Shown: positions 1-8,911 of the stretch, piece by piece
Position numbering within the stretch: the stretch's first letter is position 1
Layout of the letters: each line of letters opens with the position of its first letter
Origin: an uncultured bacterium
GTDB lineage: Bacteria; Krumholzibacteriota; Krumholzibacteriia; Krumholzibacteriales; Krumholzibacteriaceae
DNA length: 64,000 nucleotides
Assembly: GCA_963786935.1 (NCBI GenBank)
Contig: CAWBAN010000001.1
Span: 1,184,001-1,248,000, forward strand
Direction: 5' to 3'
The notes under the pieces: model-generated
The model's input: the letters and a program-made list of their open reading frames with translations, nothing else
The model's database searches: none
What the model was told of the DNA's origin: nothing
Position numbers and translations under genes: made by a program

Positions 1-1
1 A

Positions 2-808
2 ATAGCCGCGGTCGAAGCACGTCACGATGTAGTAGTAGGTGAACCCGGGGTACGCGTTGGCGTCCACGAACTCGAAGTACTCGCGTCCCTGCGCGTCCCG
101 CTGGGGCCAATCGTGGAAATAGAGTGAATCGTATTCGACGCCGATGAACGCCGCGTCGCGCGAGAGCTCGGTGATGACGACCATGTGAGACGGCATCGGC
201 GAAAGCCCCCGCCATACATGGAAACCCTCGAGCGTCTGCAAATCCACTTCGAACGAAGCGGGGCCGCCGCTGAACGTCGAATCGACGATCCCCGCGCTGA
301 ACGCGAGGCTGATGCCGAGCTTGAGGGTGTCCCCCGTCGCGATGCCGATCAGATCGACCGGAATGGGCGTCCCCGGCGTGTACGACAAGCCGAGATTGAA
401 AATCATGCTGTAGGTGTCGAAACGATCCCTCAATTCGGCGTACATCTTGATGGAGGGCTCCACGCCGATCGTGTCCACGGTGACCTTCGTGAGCACTTCC
501 CGCCCGACCTTGAGGGTGCGATCGACGGTTCCCTCATACAGGCCGGTGATCGTGACCTGGGAGATGTTCGGATCCGGCCCCTGCCAGTTGGTCCAGTGCC
601 GCGATCCCGTGATCGTCCCGACTCCCGGCGCCGGCGGATACCAACCGACGATGACATGGCTTCCATCTCTCCTCACGTAGACGGAATCGGGCGGCACAAT
701 ATTCAGCATCATCGTATCCACGGCGCTCTGCGCCATCGCCTCGGCGCAGACGCCCGAGATGCCGATGAACGCCAACATAAGAATCATTCCCCGTCGAATC
801 GGACTCAC
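2..808 (-). CDS. Secreted protein with FN3-like segment; 3' end runs off the window (absent from the ORF track)
   Basis: Hand-translated open frame from GTG 808 (AGGAGG upstream): signal-peptide-like start (MILMLAFIGISGVCAEAMA), then EGFHVWRG...FEFVDANAYPGFTYYYIVTCFDRGY; no stop before position 1. Confidence 0.75.
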   Translation of the reverse strand, partial: MSPIRRGMILMLAFIGISGVCAEAMAQSAVDTMMLNIVPPDSVYVRRDGSHVIVGWYPPAPGVGTITGSRHWTNWQGPDPNISQVTITGLYEGTVDRTLKVGREVLTKVTVDTIGVEPSIKMYAELRDRFDTYSMIFNLGLSYTPGTPIPVDLIGIATGDTLKLGISLAFSAGIVDSTFSGGPASFEVDLQTLEGFHVWRGLSPMPSHMVVITELSRDAAFIGVEYDSLYFHDWPQRDAQGREYFEFVDANAYPGFTYYYIVTCFDRGY

Positions 809-846
809 CGTGCCTCCTTTTCAGTCTTGTGCAGCCGGACAGATAA

Positions 847-3138
847 TCACGGGATGTTCGAAATTCCCCATGCCCGGAAGATCGTGTTCAAGATCGTATT
901 TTGCTGCGCCCGGTCGAAGAACCAGAGCTCGAATCCGAAATGAGCGCTCGGCGCCGCGACGGCGACCCCGGTCTGCACGTCGGGAACGACGCTCGCGTAC
1001 TTCGTGACCCAGAGCGCCACCGCGCCGTTGTGGAGCGCCGAATTCGTATTCTTCGCCTTCATCCGATACATCGGATGGAAGCACTGCTGGCTCGTCACGG
1101 TGTTGCGGTTCATCCAGTACGCCGGATCGTACACCTCGACGGGAGTGAACCCACCGGGGCGGGGAGAAGGCTCGTTCGGCGCGTAGTACCGGCCCGCAAT
1201 GAGAATATCCGACCAGAGGTTGAACTCGCTCGGCATGCCCGGAATGCTGTCATGCCACGCGTCGGTCGATCTGCTCAATCCGGGATACAGGCAATCGTAG
1301 TTGCGGATCCGCCGCATCGGCATGTCCGAATCGGTGCGGAAGGTCCCGTCGATCTTGTCGATCATCGTGACGCAGTAATCCTTGTACGGAAACGAATTGA
1401 CGCTGCTCGTATCGCCCTCGCACCCGTCGGAGTTGCCGAGGATCTCGCACTTGATGTTGAGCGGGAATCCCCGCGCCGCCTGCACCGCGGGAAGGATCGC
1501 CGCGAGACCGGCGGCCTTTTCGGACATACCCTCGGTGATCAGGTGCCCGCCTTTCGCGAGGAAGATCGAAAGGTAGTTGATCGGAATCGCCGACTGGCTG
1601 ATCATCGTCTCGGGCGTGAAGACGATGAGATTGTCGTAGCAGCTCGTGACGAGATCGGAGTTGAACGTCCAGATGATGTTCTTGTAACGGCCGATGAGGT
1701 TTATCTTGGGCGGCGCGGAGTTGTACCCGCCGTACACGGCGTCGTACACGTCACGCGCCGGATCGAAATCTCTCGTGCGCTGGCAGTGCGCGAGCCAGAG
1801 CCGGTCGTGTTCGTCCTCCCGCGGGAAGTTGTAGTCGATCTGCGTGAAATCGTTCGTCGACCGGAAATCGTCCACCCAGAGGAGATTCCGGTCCATCGTG
1901 AAGGGCACGACGCTGATCTCGATCTGCGCGAGCGTTTCCGCGCCCGAGTTGTCCACGCACCGGATGTAGAGCGTGTGCACACCGGAGTACCAGATCGCCT
2001 TGCAGTTGAGATTGTAGGGGCTGCAGTCCGTTTCCCAGTCGCTCGGATTGTTCAGATCCGCCACGTCCCATCCGAACTGGTAGCATACGATCTCCCCGCC
2101 GTACGCCGTCGCGTCCCCCCGCCACCGGAAATTGAGCTCGACTCCCGGCGGAAGATCGCGCTTCTCGCGCTTCTGGTTGCCCCCGGTGAACTGGAAACCT
2201 CCCAGGAACGGCTCGGTGACCGTGAGCAGCGGCGACGCCGTGACCGACACGATGAACTGCCGGATGTTCACGCCGCGCGTGAAGATCGCCGTCACCGCGC
2301 CCGCCTCGTCCTTCGCCTGCACGGCGAACACGTGCGAACGCCGCAGCTCGAGGATCTCCTCGTCCCCGAGCACCGTCGCGCGGCCGGAATCCCCCGGAGC
2401 GCGGTAGTAGATCCACGGGCTCCAGTCCTCTTCGTACCGCCAGGGATTCTCGTTGAGATCCCGGACGATGTCGTAATCGGGTTTGTAGCCGTAACCGGGA
2501 CTGTCGACGCGGTGGTACATATACCGGATCGAGTCCGGATCCTGCGTGTTGTCCGGCGAATCGATCGGATCGGTTCCCCGCCATTCGAATCTGATCACCT
2601 TGCCAAGCGAAACCGTCGCGTTCCTGTTGCTCGGCGGCCGCGGCATCGTGATCTCGACGAACGGGGCGAGCGTCCACGCGGTGAAGGACCGGTACACCGG
2701 TTCGGAACGTCTCCCCTCGAGGTCGATCGCGCGGATGAAGAAGGTATGAGCCTTGTCGTAGCGCGTGTACCAGCTTCCACCCATGAACGTGGAATCCGCC
2801 ATGGCCGTGTCATCCGCCGTCACCCGGAAGACGCTGTCGTGCAGGGACGTACGGGTCCATTTGTCGAGCCCGGTGGTGTCCTCATGGTTGAAGCCGAAGG
2901 GAAATCCGTCCACGACGACGAACTCGTACGAGCTCACCTCTCCGTCCGGATCCCATCCACCCCAGTAGAAATGCACCTGATATCCGGTCGTCGTGCCTTC
3001 GACGGGGCCGCTCGAAAGCCACACCTCGGGCGATTTGTTCTGATCGGCCAGCCCGATGAAGGTCTTCTCGCAGCCGAATACAAACGCGAGACCGGCTATC
3101 GTCGCGAGCGCCGCGTATGCGAGTAACGATCGCTTCAT
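847..3138 (-). CDS. Large uncharacterised lipoprotein (N-terminal Ig/FN3-like W-x-G-x-D-P-D-G modules); paralog of 53742..56006
   Basis: 770-aa ORF; likely start MKRSLL at 3138 with GGGAG RBS; lipobox AFVFG-C. Confidence 0.8.
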   Translation of the reverse strand: MKRSLLAYAALATIAGLAFVFGCEKTFIGLADQNKSPEVWLSSGPVEGTTTGYQVHFYWGGWDPDGEVSSYEFVVVDGFPFGFNHEDTTGLDKWTRTSLHDSVFRVTADDTAMADSTFMGGSWYTRYDKAHTFFIRAIDLEGRRSEPVYRSFTAWTLAPFVEITMPRPPSNRNATVSLGKVIRFEWRGTDPIDSPDNTQDPDSIRYMYHRVDSPGYGYKPDYDIVRDLNENPWRYEEDWSPWIYYRAPGDSGRATVLGDEEILELRRSHVFAVQAKDEAGAVTAIFTRGVNIRQFIVSVTASPLLTVTEPFLGGFQFTGGNQKREKRDLPPGVELNFRWRGDATAYGGEIVCYQFGWDVADLNNPSDWETDCSPYNLNCKAIWYSGVHTLYIRCVDNSGAETLAQIEISVVPFTMDRNLLWVDDFRSTNDFTQIDYNFPREDEHDRLWLAHCQRTRDFDPARDVYDAVYGGYNSAPPKINLIGRYKNIIWTFNSDLVTSCYDNLIVFTPETMISQSAIPINYLSIFLAKGGHLITEGMSEKAAGLAAILPAVQAARGFPLNIKCEILGNSDGCEGDTSSVNSFPYKDYCVTMIDKIDGTFRTDSDMPMRRIRNYDCLYPGLSRSTDAWHDSIPGMPSEFNLWSDILIAGRYYAPNEPSPRPGGFTPVEVYDPAYWMNRNTVTSQQCFHPMYRMKAKNTNSALHNGAVALWVTKYASVVPDVQTGVAVAAPSAHFGFELWFFDRAQQNTILNTIFRAWGISNIP

Positions 3139-3193
3139 TAACTCCCTACCTCCTCCCATCCTTGACCTCAGGAGGGGATCCGGTTGTGCTCTC

Positions 3194-5197
3194 CTACTTG
3201 ACCAATTTCAGATACACGGATACTTGCCGCGTATCTCTCCGCGCGTAGTTTGCGAAATAATATTCGTTCTCGATCCAGTTGTTGCCCGGCAGCACGTTGC
3301 CGTCGGCGTCGAACTCGGGGCTGATGCCCCGGATGCCTTCCTTGAAGGACTGCGTATCCTTGTAATCGAGGCCGCTCACCGTGAGGGTTTGCAGGCCGAG
3401 AAACGCGGGCGGATGGGTGAGCAGCGAATCCAGAACCGCCAGATTATACTCGACGGATCCGGGCACCGCGGGTTTCCAGAAGGCCGTGGTGATATCGAAG
3501 GAGAGATCCTGCTCGAGGTAGTTGGGCGCCTTGTCGAACTGCCACTCCCCTTCCTTGTAGAAGATCCGGTCTTCCTCCGCGTCGAACTGGTAGTACCGCC
3601 AGCCCTTGATGGCGGAGCGCGGCGGATCCCGATGGTCGTCATGCCCCCCGGCCCGTATCGTATAGCGGTATGAGCGGGTGATCGTGCCGCGGGGTTCCGG
3701 GGAGGTCTTCACGTTGTACGGGCAGAGCGTATCCCCCCGGGCGATGATCTGGTTCGTGTTCCACCAGCCGATCACGATGGTATCGTTCCTCGTCGTGACG
3801 AATCGCCGGTCGGGCGGCGCGGGACTGACGCCTTGCCGTGTATAGAATCCGGTCCGGAGGCTGTCGATCTTCGGCGGGAAATTGCCGACGAAATGGATCT
3901 CCGCCGGCGTGCCGTCGGGCTTTTTCTGCTCGTCGAACGCGCGCACGAGGAACCGGTAGTTGAACGTTCCCACGCGCATGGTCGTCGAATCGCGATCCCG
4001 GTACGGATCGGAAACACCCGAACCAGGATTCGTGTCCTCGGCATTCTTGAGCGGGTACCACGGAGACAGCTTGTCGGCGACCCGGGCGCCGGTCTCGTCG
4101 ATCGACCAGCGGTTGTACTGGAACTGGAACTTGATCGGGACCGGCGGATCGAACTCGAGGTTCGCGCGATCCTTCGGATCGTCCCAACCCCAATAGACCA
4201 TACGGACGAGCGAGCTGTCCGGCAGCGTATCGGGAATGGCGTCGCGGAAATTGACGTCCATCTCCTGCCGGACGCCGTTCTGCGGCAAGAAGGACACGAC
4301 GCAGCGCTCGTCGAATCTCGTATCGGGGTCGTGATTCACGACGACGCGGCAAACGCCCACGCCCGTCACGAGATCCGATCGCGAGATGGCTCCCGCCTCG
4401 TCCCGGGCGATCCCCTTGAAATTGAAGATACCGCTCGGAATGACTTCGTTGCCCGAGTTGGTGAGCTCGACGCCCACGACCTCGGACTGATCGGCCGGAA
4501 CCCGCCAGTCGGGCGTTCCGTCTCCGTTATAATCGGGGTACACGTTGGAGCCGTAGCTCCACCGGTAACCGGTGATGACGTTGTTGACGGTCGTCGCCTG
4601 GAACTTGATGCTGAAGGGGACGAACATGCTGATCGTATCGAGCGCATTGGGATTATAAAGGACGTCACCCGAGCCGACGTTCGTCCAGAACGTGATGATG
4701 GGGACGCCTTTCACGCGCGCGAGGAACTGCAGCCGGGCGGGCGTCGGATCCATTTTCCCGCCGTCGTCGATCGCGACCACGTGGAACGCCTGCCGGTTGA
4801 TCGTCGCGCCCCTCGACTCGTCGAATCCGGTGAAGGTGATAACCGTGTCGGTCCGCGTCGTGAATCTTCCCCTCACGTAGTCCGATATTCTCGCCTCGGG
4901 ATTCCAGTCGAGCTCCTCCGAATCGGGATTCTCCTGGGGATCGAGCGTCACGAGCGTATCCGAGATGTACCACATGTATCGCGTGACGACGCCGTCGCCG
5001 TCGGTTCCGCGCCAATACATATGCACGCGGTAATCGGTCGCGGTCGTCTCCGCGGGAGAGCTCGTGAGCGTGGTTTCCGGAGCCTTGTTCCGGTCGAGCG
5101 GCGGCTCTTCCTTCCTGCATGCGGGGAGAATCATGAGGAGAGCGAGAGCTGCGGCCACAATTATCTCTATGGCACATCTAAACTTGACTCGTCCCAT
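3194..5197 (-). CDS. Uncharacterised lipoprotein with the same N-terminal module family as its neighbour
   Basis: 667 aa; lipobox LPA-C; NKAPET...YRVHMYWRGTDGDG resembles NKSPEV...YQVHFYWGGWDPDG. Confidence 0.8.
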   Translation of the reverse strand: MGRVKFRCAIEIIVAAALALLMILPACRKEEPPLDRNKAPETTLTSSPAETTATDYRVHMYWRGTDGDGVVTRYMWYISDTLVTLDPQENPDSEELDWNPEARISDYVRGRFTTRTDTVITFTGFDESRGATINRQAFHVVAIDDGGKMDPTPARLQFLARVKGVPIITFWTNVGSGDVLYNPNALDTISMFVPFSIKFQATTVNNVITGYRWSYGSNVYPDYNGDGTPDWRVPADQSEVVGVELTNSGNEVIPSGIFNFKGIARDEAGAISRSDLVTGVGVCRVVVNHDPDTRFDERCVVSFLPQNGVRQEMDVNFRDAIPDTLPDSSLVRMVYWGWDDPKDRANLEFDPPVPIKFQFQYNRWSIDETGARVADKLSPWYPLKNAEDTNPGSGVSDPYRDRDSTTMRVGTFNYRFLVRAFDEQKKPDGTPAEIHFVGNFPPKIDSLRTGFYTRQGVSPAPPDRRFVTTRNDTIVIGWWNTNQIIARGDTLCPYNVKTSPEPRGTITRSYRYTIRAGGHDDHRDPPRSAIKGWRYYQFDAEEDRIFYKEGEWQFDKAPNYLEQDLSFDITTAFWKPAVPGSVEYNLAVLDSLLTHPPAFLGLQTLTVSGLDYKDTQSFKEGIRGISPEFDADGNVLPGNNWIENEYYFANYARRDTRQVSVYLKLVK

Positions 5198-5250
5198 TTT
5201 TCCCTTCTCTTTGCTGAATCTGACGCGCGTTTTACCCCAAACCTATATGT

Positions 5251-5278
5251 AATATAAGCTTTTGATTCGTCCTGTCAA
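5251..5278 (-). promoter_or_regulatory. sigma70-type promoter for the lipoprotein cluster
   Basis: TTGACA-16-TATATT on the minus strand. Confidence 0.5.
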
Positions 5279-5336
5279 TCAAAATTCCAAGGGGGCAATT
5301 GACGTCGCGGGGCGCTCTTACGGCCTTTCCGGCCGC

Positions 5337-5373
5337 AAAAAAAGAGGCCGGGAGGTTTGACCCTCCCGGCCTC
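5337..5373 (-). terminator. Rho-independent terminator
   Basis: 12-bp perfect stem GAGGCCGGGAGG/CCTCCCGGCCTC, 6-nt loop, U7 tail on the minus strand. Confidence 0.85.
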
Positions 5374-5409
5374 GCAGAACTCTTCGTCAGATTCCGTCAA
5401 CGGCATGCG

Positions 5410-8400
5410 CTAGCGCAGCATGACCATCTTCTTGGTCTGGCTGAAGTTCTTCGTCTCCATCTTGTAGAAGTAGATACCGCTCGCCACTGCGCCACCACGG
5501 TCGTTCGTTCCGTTCCAGGTGATCGAGTGGGTCGTAGCATCCATTTCACCGTTCACGAGCGTCCGGACCAGCTGGCCCGCGACGTTGTAAACCTTCAACG
5601 ACACGAAGCCCTTATCCTTCAGGTCGAACTTGATCGTGGTCGACGGGTTGAAGGGGTTCGGGAAGTTCTGAGCCAGCTTCGTGGACTTCGGCGTCTCCGC
5701 CGGAGTGATGTTCGCATTGATGGTGTTCTGCATCCAACCGAACACGTCCTTCGCGAGCTCGAAACGGTCGGCCGGAACGCTAACCACGTCGTCGCGAACA
5801 TACTGGTAGCTGAATCCGAACCACATCGTGTTCACGTTGAATCCAGCGGGGTTCAGCGTCGAAGAGGCGATCGCCGCGTAGCGGTTGATCGAGCTCTTCA
5901 CCGGATAGTACGCCGCGTACTTGCCGTTCGCCGTCTTGTCGAGGACGTCGAACTGGTTGATGACGAAGCATCCGCCATACGCGAAGAACTTATCCGGAAC
6001 ACTCGAATGAATGAAGATACCGGCATCGACGTCGCCCGTGACGAGCGGGGTAACGGTCCCGCCGCCCGTGCGGCCGCCGGTCTCCTCGAAGTAGCTCGTC
6101 GCGACGAAGTCAACGCCGCACCAGGTGCTCATGAGGGTGAGCGCCGGGGTCGATGCGAGGCCGTCCAGATCGTAGGCAATGTCGTCGCCGCAGACCCAGA
6201 GACCGCACACGTGCTCGGACTGCTCGAACCAGTTGATGAGCATCGTGCAGTCGTTCGACTTGTCGCTGTTGACCGTACCGTCGGAGATCGTGACCGATTC
6301 GAGGTCTCCGCAATCCCACACGATCTTGTGGTACCAATCAACAAGCTGCTTCGTCTTCGCGCGGCTTCCCGGTCCGTTCGAAACGCCGGAAGTCGGGCCG
6401 TTCACGTCATACTTGTCCACGTTGTTGTTCGGCGGAGCAAGCACGGCGTCGAACACCGGCATCCAGTAGTTCTCGACGGAGCCGACGAACGATCCGCGGC
6501 CCGTGAAGTCGTCAACGAAGAGAACGTCGGAGTTCTTCGTCGGGAGGCACAGGAACTCGAGATACGGTCCCTGCGAGCGCGCCCAGCGCGGAAGGGCCGT
6601 TTCGATACCGGCCACGTCTGTCGCAGTGAAGTAGTATTCGATCTGATAGCCTCTCGTGAAGAGCTCGTCATTCAGGTCGACCATGTACCTGTCGCGCTGA
6701 ATGCCGCCACCGGTCCGGGCGGTGTCACACTGAATCTTCGTCCAGACACCGTTGTCGCTCACGTAGTTGAAGTTGATCGAGTACGGAGCCGAGGTCGGCC
6801 CGGTGATGATAGAGCCTGCGAGCGTGGCGCCCGCGAGCTGAGCCGGCTTCGCGAGGTCGGTGCCCACGTACGTGCACTTCACGTTGAGGTACACGGCCGG
6901 TCCACCGAACGTCGGGTCGGCAGCGATGCCGCCGCCGAGGAGCGACGTGGCGTCAACAACGATCGAGTCGCCCGGAGTAAGGATCGGGTCGTCGTTCGTG
7001 TTGATGTCGTTCGCCGCATCCGCGCGGACGTAGCTCTCGAGCTGGAACTCAGCGATCGGGAAGTTATCCTGGAAGATATCCAGGTCGCGGAAGCTCCACT
7101 GAGGACCGCTGGTCTTGAACCGGTACAGACGAACGTTGTCGATCCAGGGCGACGGCGTGTGAGCGGCGCAGTTGCCTTCCACGAGGTACCACACGTCGCA
7201 CATGTCGACGCAGCCCATACCGATCTGAACCGGGTCGTTGCTGCCGATAAGATCGCTGATCGTCTCGCTGCCATAGATGTAGTCCATGTCGGGGCCGTAG
7301 TAGACGAAGTTGCGATCTTGCCACTGACCCGGGCAACCGGCAATGATGCTCCGCACATGCCACTGGTAGAACACGAGGTTCGACAGCGGAATGTCACGGT
7401 AAACCGTGAAGCGGAGAACCAAGCCGCCGAGAAGCGAAAGGTCCCCAGCCGGAATCGTTCCGTTCTGGGTGTTGTTGCAGGCGGTCGAGTACTTCGTCAT
7501 GTCGATCACCGGCGATACGGCGATTTCGTTCTGGCACGGGGCGGCGATACCGCCGGGGCCGGCGCAGAACGGAGTGTCGTACAGGCCGGGATAGCTCGAG
7601 CTCGGGTTCGGCGAACCGAGGAAGTACACGAGCTGAGTGGCGAAGTTGTCGCCGCACGGATCCTTGTCGGTCAGGTTGTTCTTGAGACCGGCATAGGCGC
7701 CGTAGGCGTACTCGGGCGCGCCGATCCAGATACCGGCCGTCGTCGCGTTCAGGGCTATCGTTTCCATGTTCTGATAGTTGTTGAGCGCGCCGGCGTCCTG
7801 GAGACGGATCGCGTCTACGAGGAAGCCACCGTCGGTGTTGTAGAGGCCGTCCTGGTCGCTCCACGCACCGTCAGCGGTGAAGTGGAAGCGGATCTTCGTC
7901 CGCGCCTGCGTGAGCGGAAGGAAGATCGACGCGGTGTCGTTCTCGTACGTGCCGGTGTACTCGGCCACTTCCTGCCAGTTGCCGCCGCCGGCGTCGTACT
8001 CGACTCTCGTGAAATCGTAATCCGGCTCGGAATCGTTGGTGAAGAAATAGCTCAGCGTCAGCGACCCGACGAAGCTGAACGCCGCCGTGCCGAGCATCTG
8101 ATTCCATCCGTTGCCGTAGCCGGGAGCATCGTACCAGGAGCAAAGATACGGATCGGTCGTGCTCGGACGCGCGCCGCACCACATCGACTTCGTGCCCTCG
8201 AGCGGAACGAGCATGCCGTAGGCACCCCCGCCGAGCCCGGAGAAGTCGTCAACGTGGAAGTACGTGCCGCGCTGGGCCGTCTCATCCGACTTTGTCCATC
8301 CCTGCCAGTTCATCTGCTCGAACGTGTACCACACGAGGCAGTACGTATCCACGGCTGCTTCCTCATAGAGGCCGCGCAGACCCGGATCGAGAAGCTCCGA

Positions 8401-8529
8401 ATTGTTATCGAGCTCCGAAACGGCCTTTGCGGGACGCAGACCGGGATTCGCCACATCGCGTGCAGCGACCGAGCCGATGAGCAGGGCTACGAAGCAGACG
8501 CCTAGTAAGAGTACTAGTGCCTTTTTCAT
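5410..8529 (-). CDS. Large Cys-rich secreted protein with C-terminal FlgD-Ig/T9SS-type sorting domain
   Basis: Start MKKALV at 8529 with signal peptide; C-terminus QNFPNPFNPSTTI...VYNVAGQLVRTL...WNG...SGIYFY...KKMVMLR. Confidence 0.85.
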   Translation of the reverse strand: MKKALVLLLGVCFVALLIGSVAARDVANPGLRPAKAVSELDNNSELLDPGLRGLYEEAAVDTYCLVWYTFEQMNWQGWTKSDETAQRGTYFHVDDFSGLGGGAYGMLVPLEGTKSMWCGARPSTTDPYLCSWYDAPGYGNGWNQMLGTAAFSFVGSLTLSYFFTNDSEPDYDFTRVEYDAGGGNWQEVAEYTGTYENDTASIFLPLTQARTKIRFHFTADGAWSDQDGLYNTDGGFLVDAIRLQDAGALNNYQNMETIALNATTAGIWIGAPEYAYGAYAGLKNNLTDKDPCGDNFATQLVYFLGSPNPSSSYPGLYDTPFCAGPGGIAAPCQNEIAVSPVIDMTKYSTACNNTQNGTIPAGDLSLLGGLVLRFTVYRDIPLSNLVFYQWHVRSIIAGCPGQWQDRNFVYYGPDMDYIYGSETISDLIGSNDPVQIGMGCVDMCDVWYLVEGNCAAHTPSPWIDNVRLYRFKTSGPQWSFRDLDIFQDNFPIAEFQLESYVRADAANDINTNDDPILTPGDSIVVDATSLLGGGIAADPTFGGPAVYLNVKCTYVGTDLAKPAQLAGATLAGSIITGPTSAPYSINFNYVSDNGVWTKIQCDTARTGGGIQRDRYMVDLNDELFTRGYQIEYYFTATDVAGIETALPRWARSQGPYLEFLCLPTKNSDVLFVDDFTGRGSFVGSVENYWMPVFDAVLAPPNNNVDKYDVNGPTSGVSNGPGSRAKTKQLVDWYHKIVWDCGDLESVTISDGTVNSDKSNDCTMLINWFEQSEHVCGLWVCGDDIAYDLDGLASTPALTLMSTWCGVDFVATSYFEETGGRTGGGTVTPLVTGDVDAGIFIHSSVPDKFFAYGGCFVINQFDVLDKTANGKYAAYYPVKSSINRYAAIASSTLNPAGFNVNTMWFGFSYQYVRDDVVSVPADRFELAKDVFGWMQNTINANITPAETPKSTKLAQNFPNPFNPSTTIKFDLKDKGFVSLKVYNVAGQLVRTLVNGEMDATTHSITWNGTNDRGGAVASGIYFYKMETKNFSQTKKMVMLR

Positions 8530-8589
8530 TCTTGTTTTCCCCCCATCGTTAAGAAAACAGCTTGAATCGACGCACAACGAATACTGGAA

Positions 8590-8806
8590 TCTCGAAGAGC
8601 AAAGTGCTGAACCCCCTTTACATCGAATCTCTTTGTTCCCATCACCTCACTTTCCGCGATTCGACATGCGAAGCAGGGTGTCATCCGTTAGAGCTGCTAA
8701 ACTTTCTTTGTCGAGTAAGCCTGGCTCTCCAACGGCGGTGGGGGTTGTAACCCCGCTCGATAAAGGAGGCCGCCCTCTCGGGCAATCCTCCACTCTGCTT
8801 TCGAGA
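8590..8806 (-). ncRNA. Candidate highly structured 5' leader RNA
   Basis: 5' TCTCGAAAGCAGAGTG pairs with 3' CACTTTGCTCTTCGAGA; several internal hairpins, one with a GAGA tetraloop; begins at the predicted transcription start. Confidence 0.55.
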
Positions 8807-8814
8807 CAGGTAGG

Positions 8815-8844
8815 ATTGTAGCATAGAATTCGAGAAAATGTCAA
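8815..8844 (-). promoter_or_regulatory. Near-consensus sigma70-type promoter with extended -10
   Basis: TTGACA-18-TACAAT with TGn directly before the -10. Confidence 0.7.
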
Positions 8845-8911
8845 GCGGGAATCTCGCCTCGAATGCGCGGGAAATCCAATAGTTAAGGCCGATGCGGATC
8901 GTTCGCCCGCG

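Noticed and set aside
286..296. Apparent frameshift in the first partial gene
   Set aside because: Recounting gives C4, which keeps the frame open (FSAGIVDS)
5299..8505. 1068-aa plus-strand ORF and other long antisense ORFs (901..3126, 15152..17449, 18205..21510, 35929..39348, 53991..56069, 58694..60685)
   Set aside because: Stop-free shadows of real minus-strand genes, expected in high-GC DNA; Arg/Val/His-rich with no motifs
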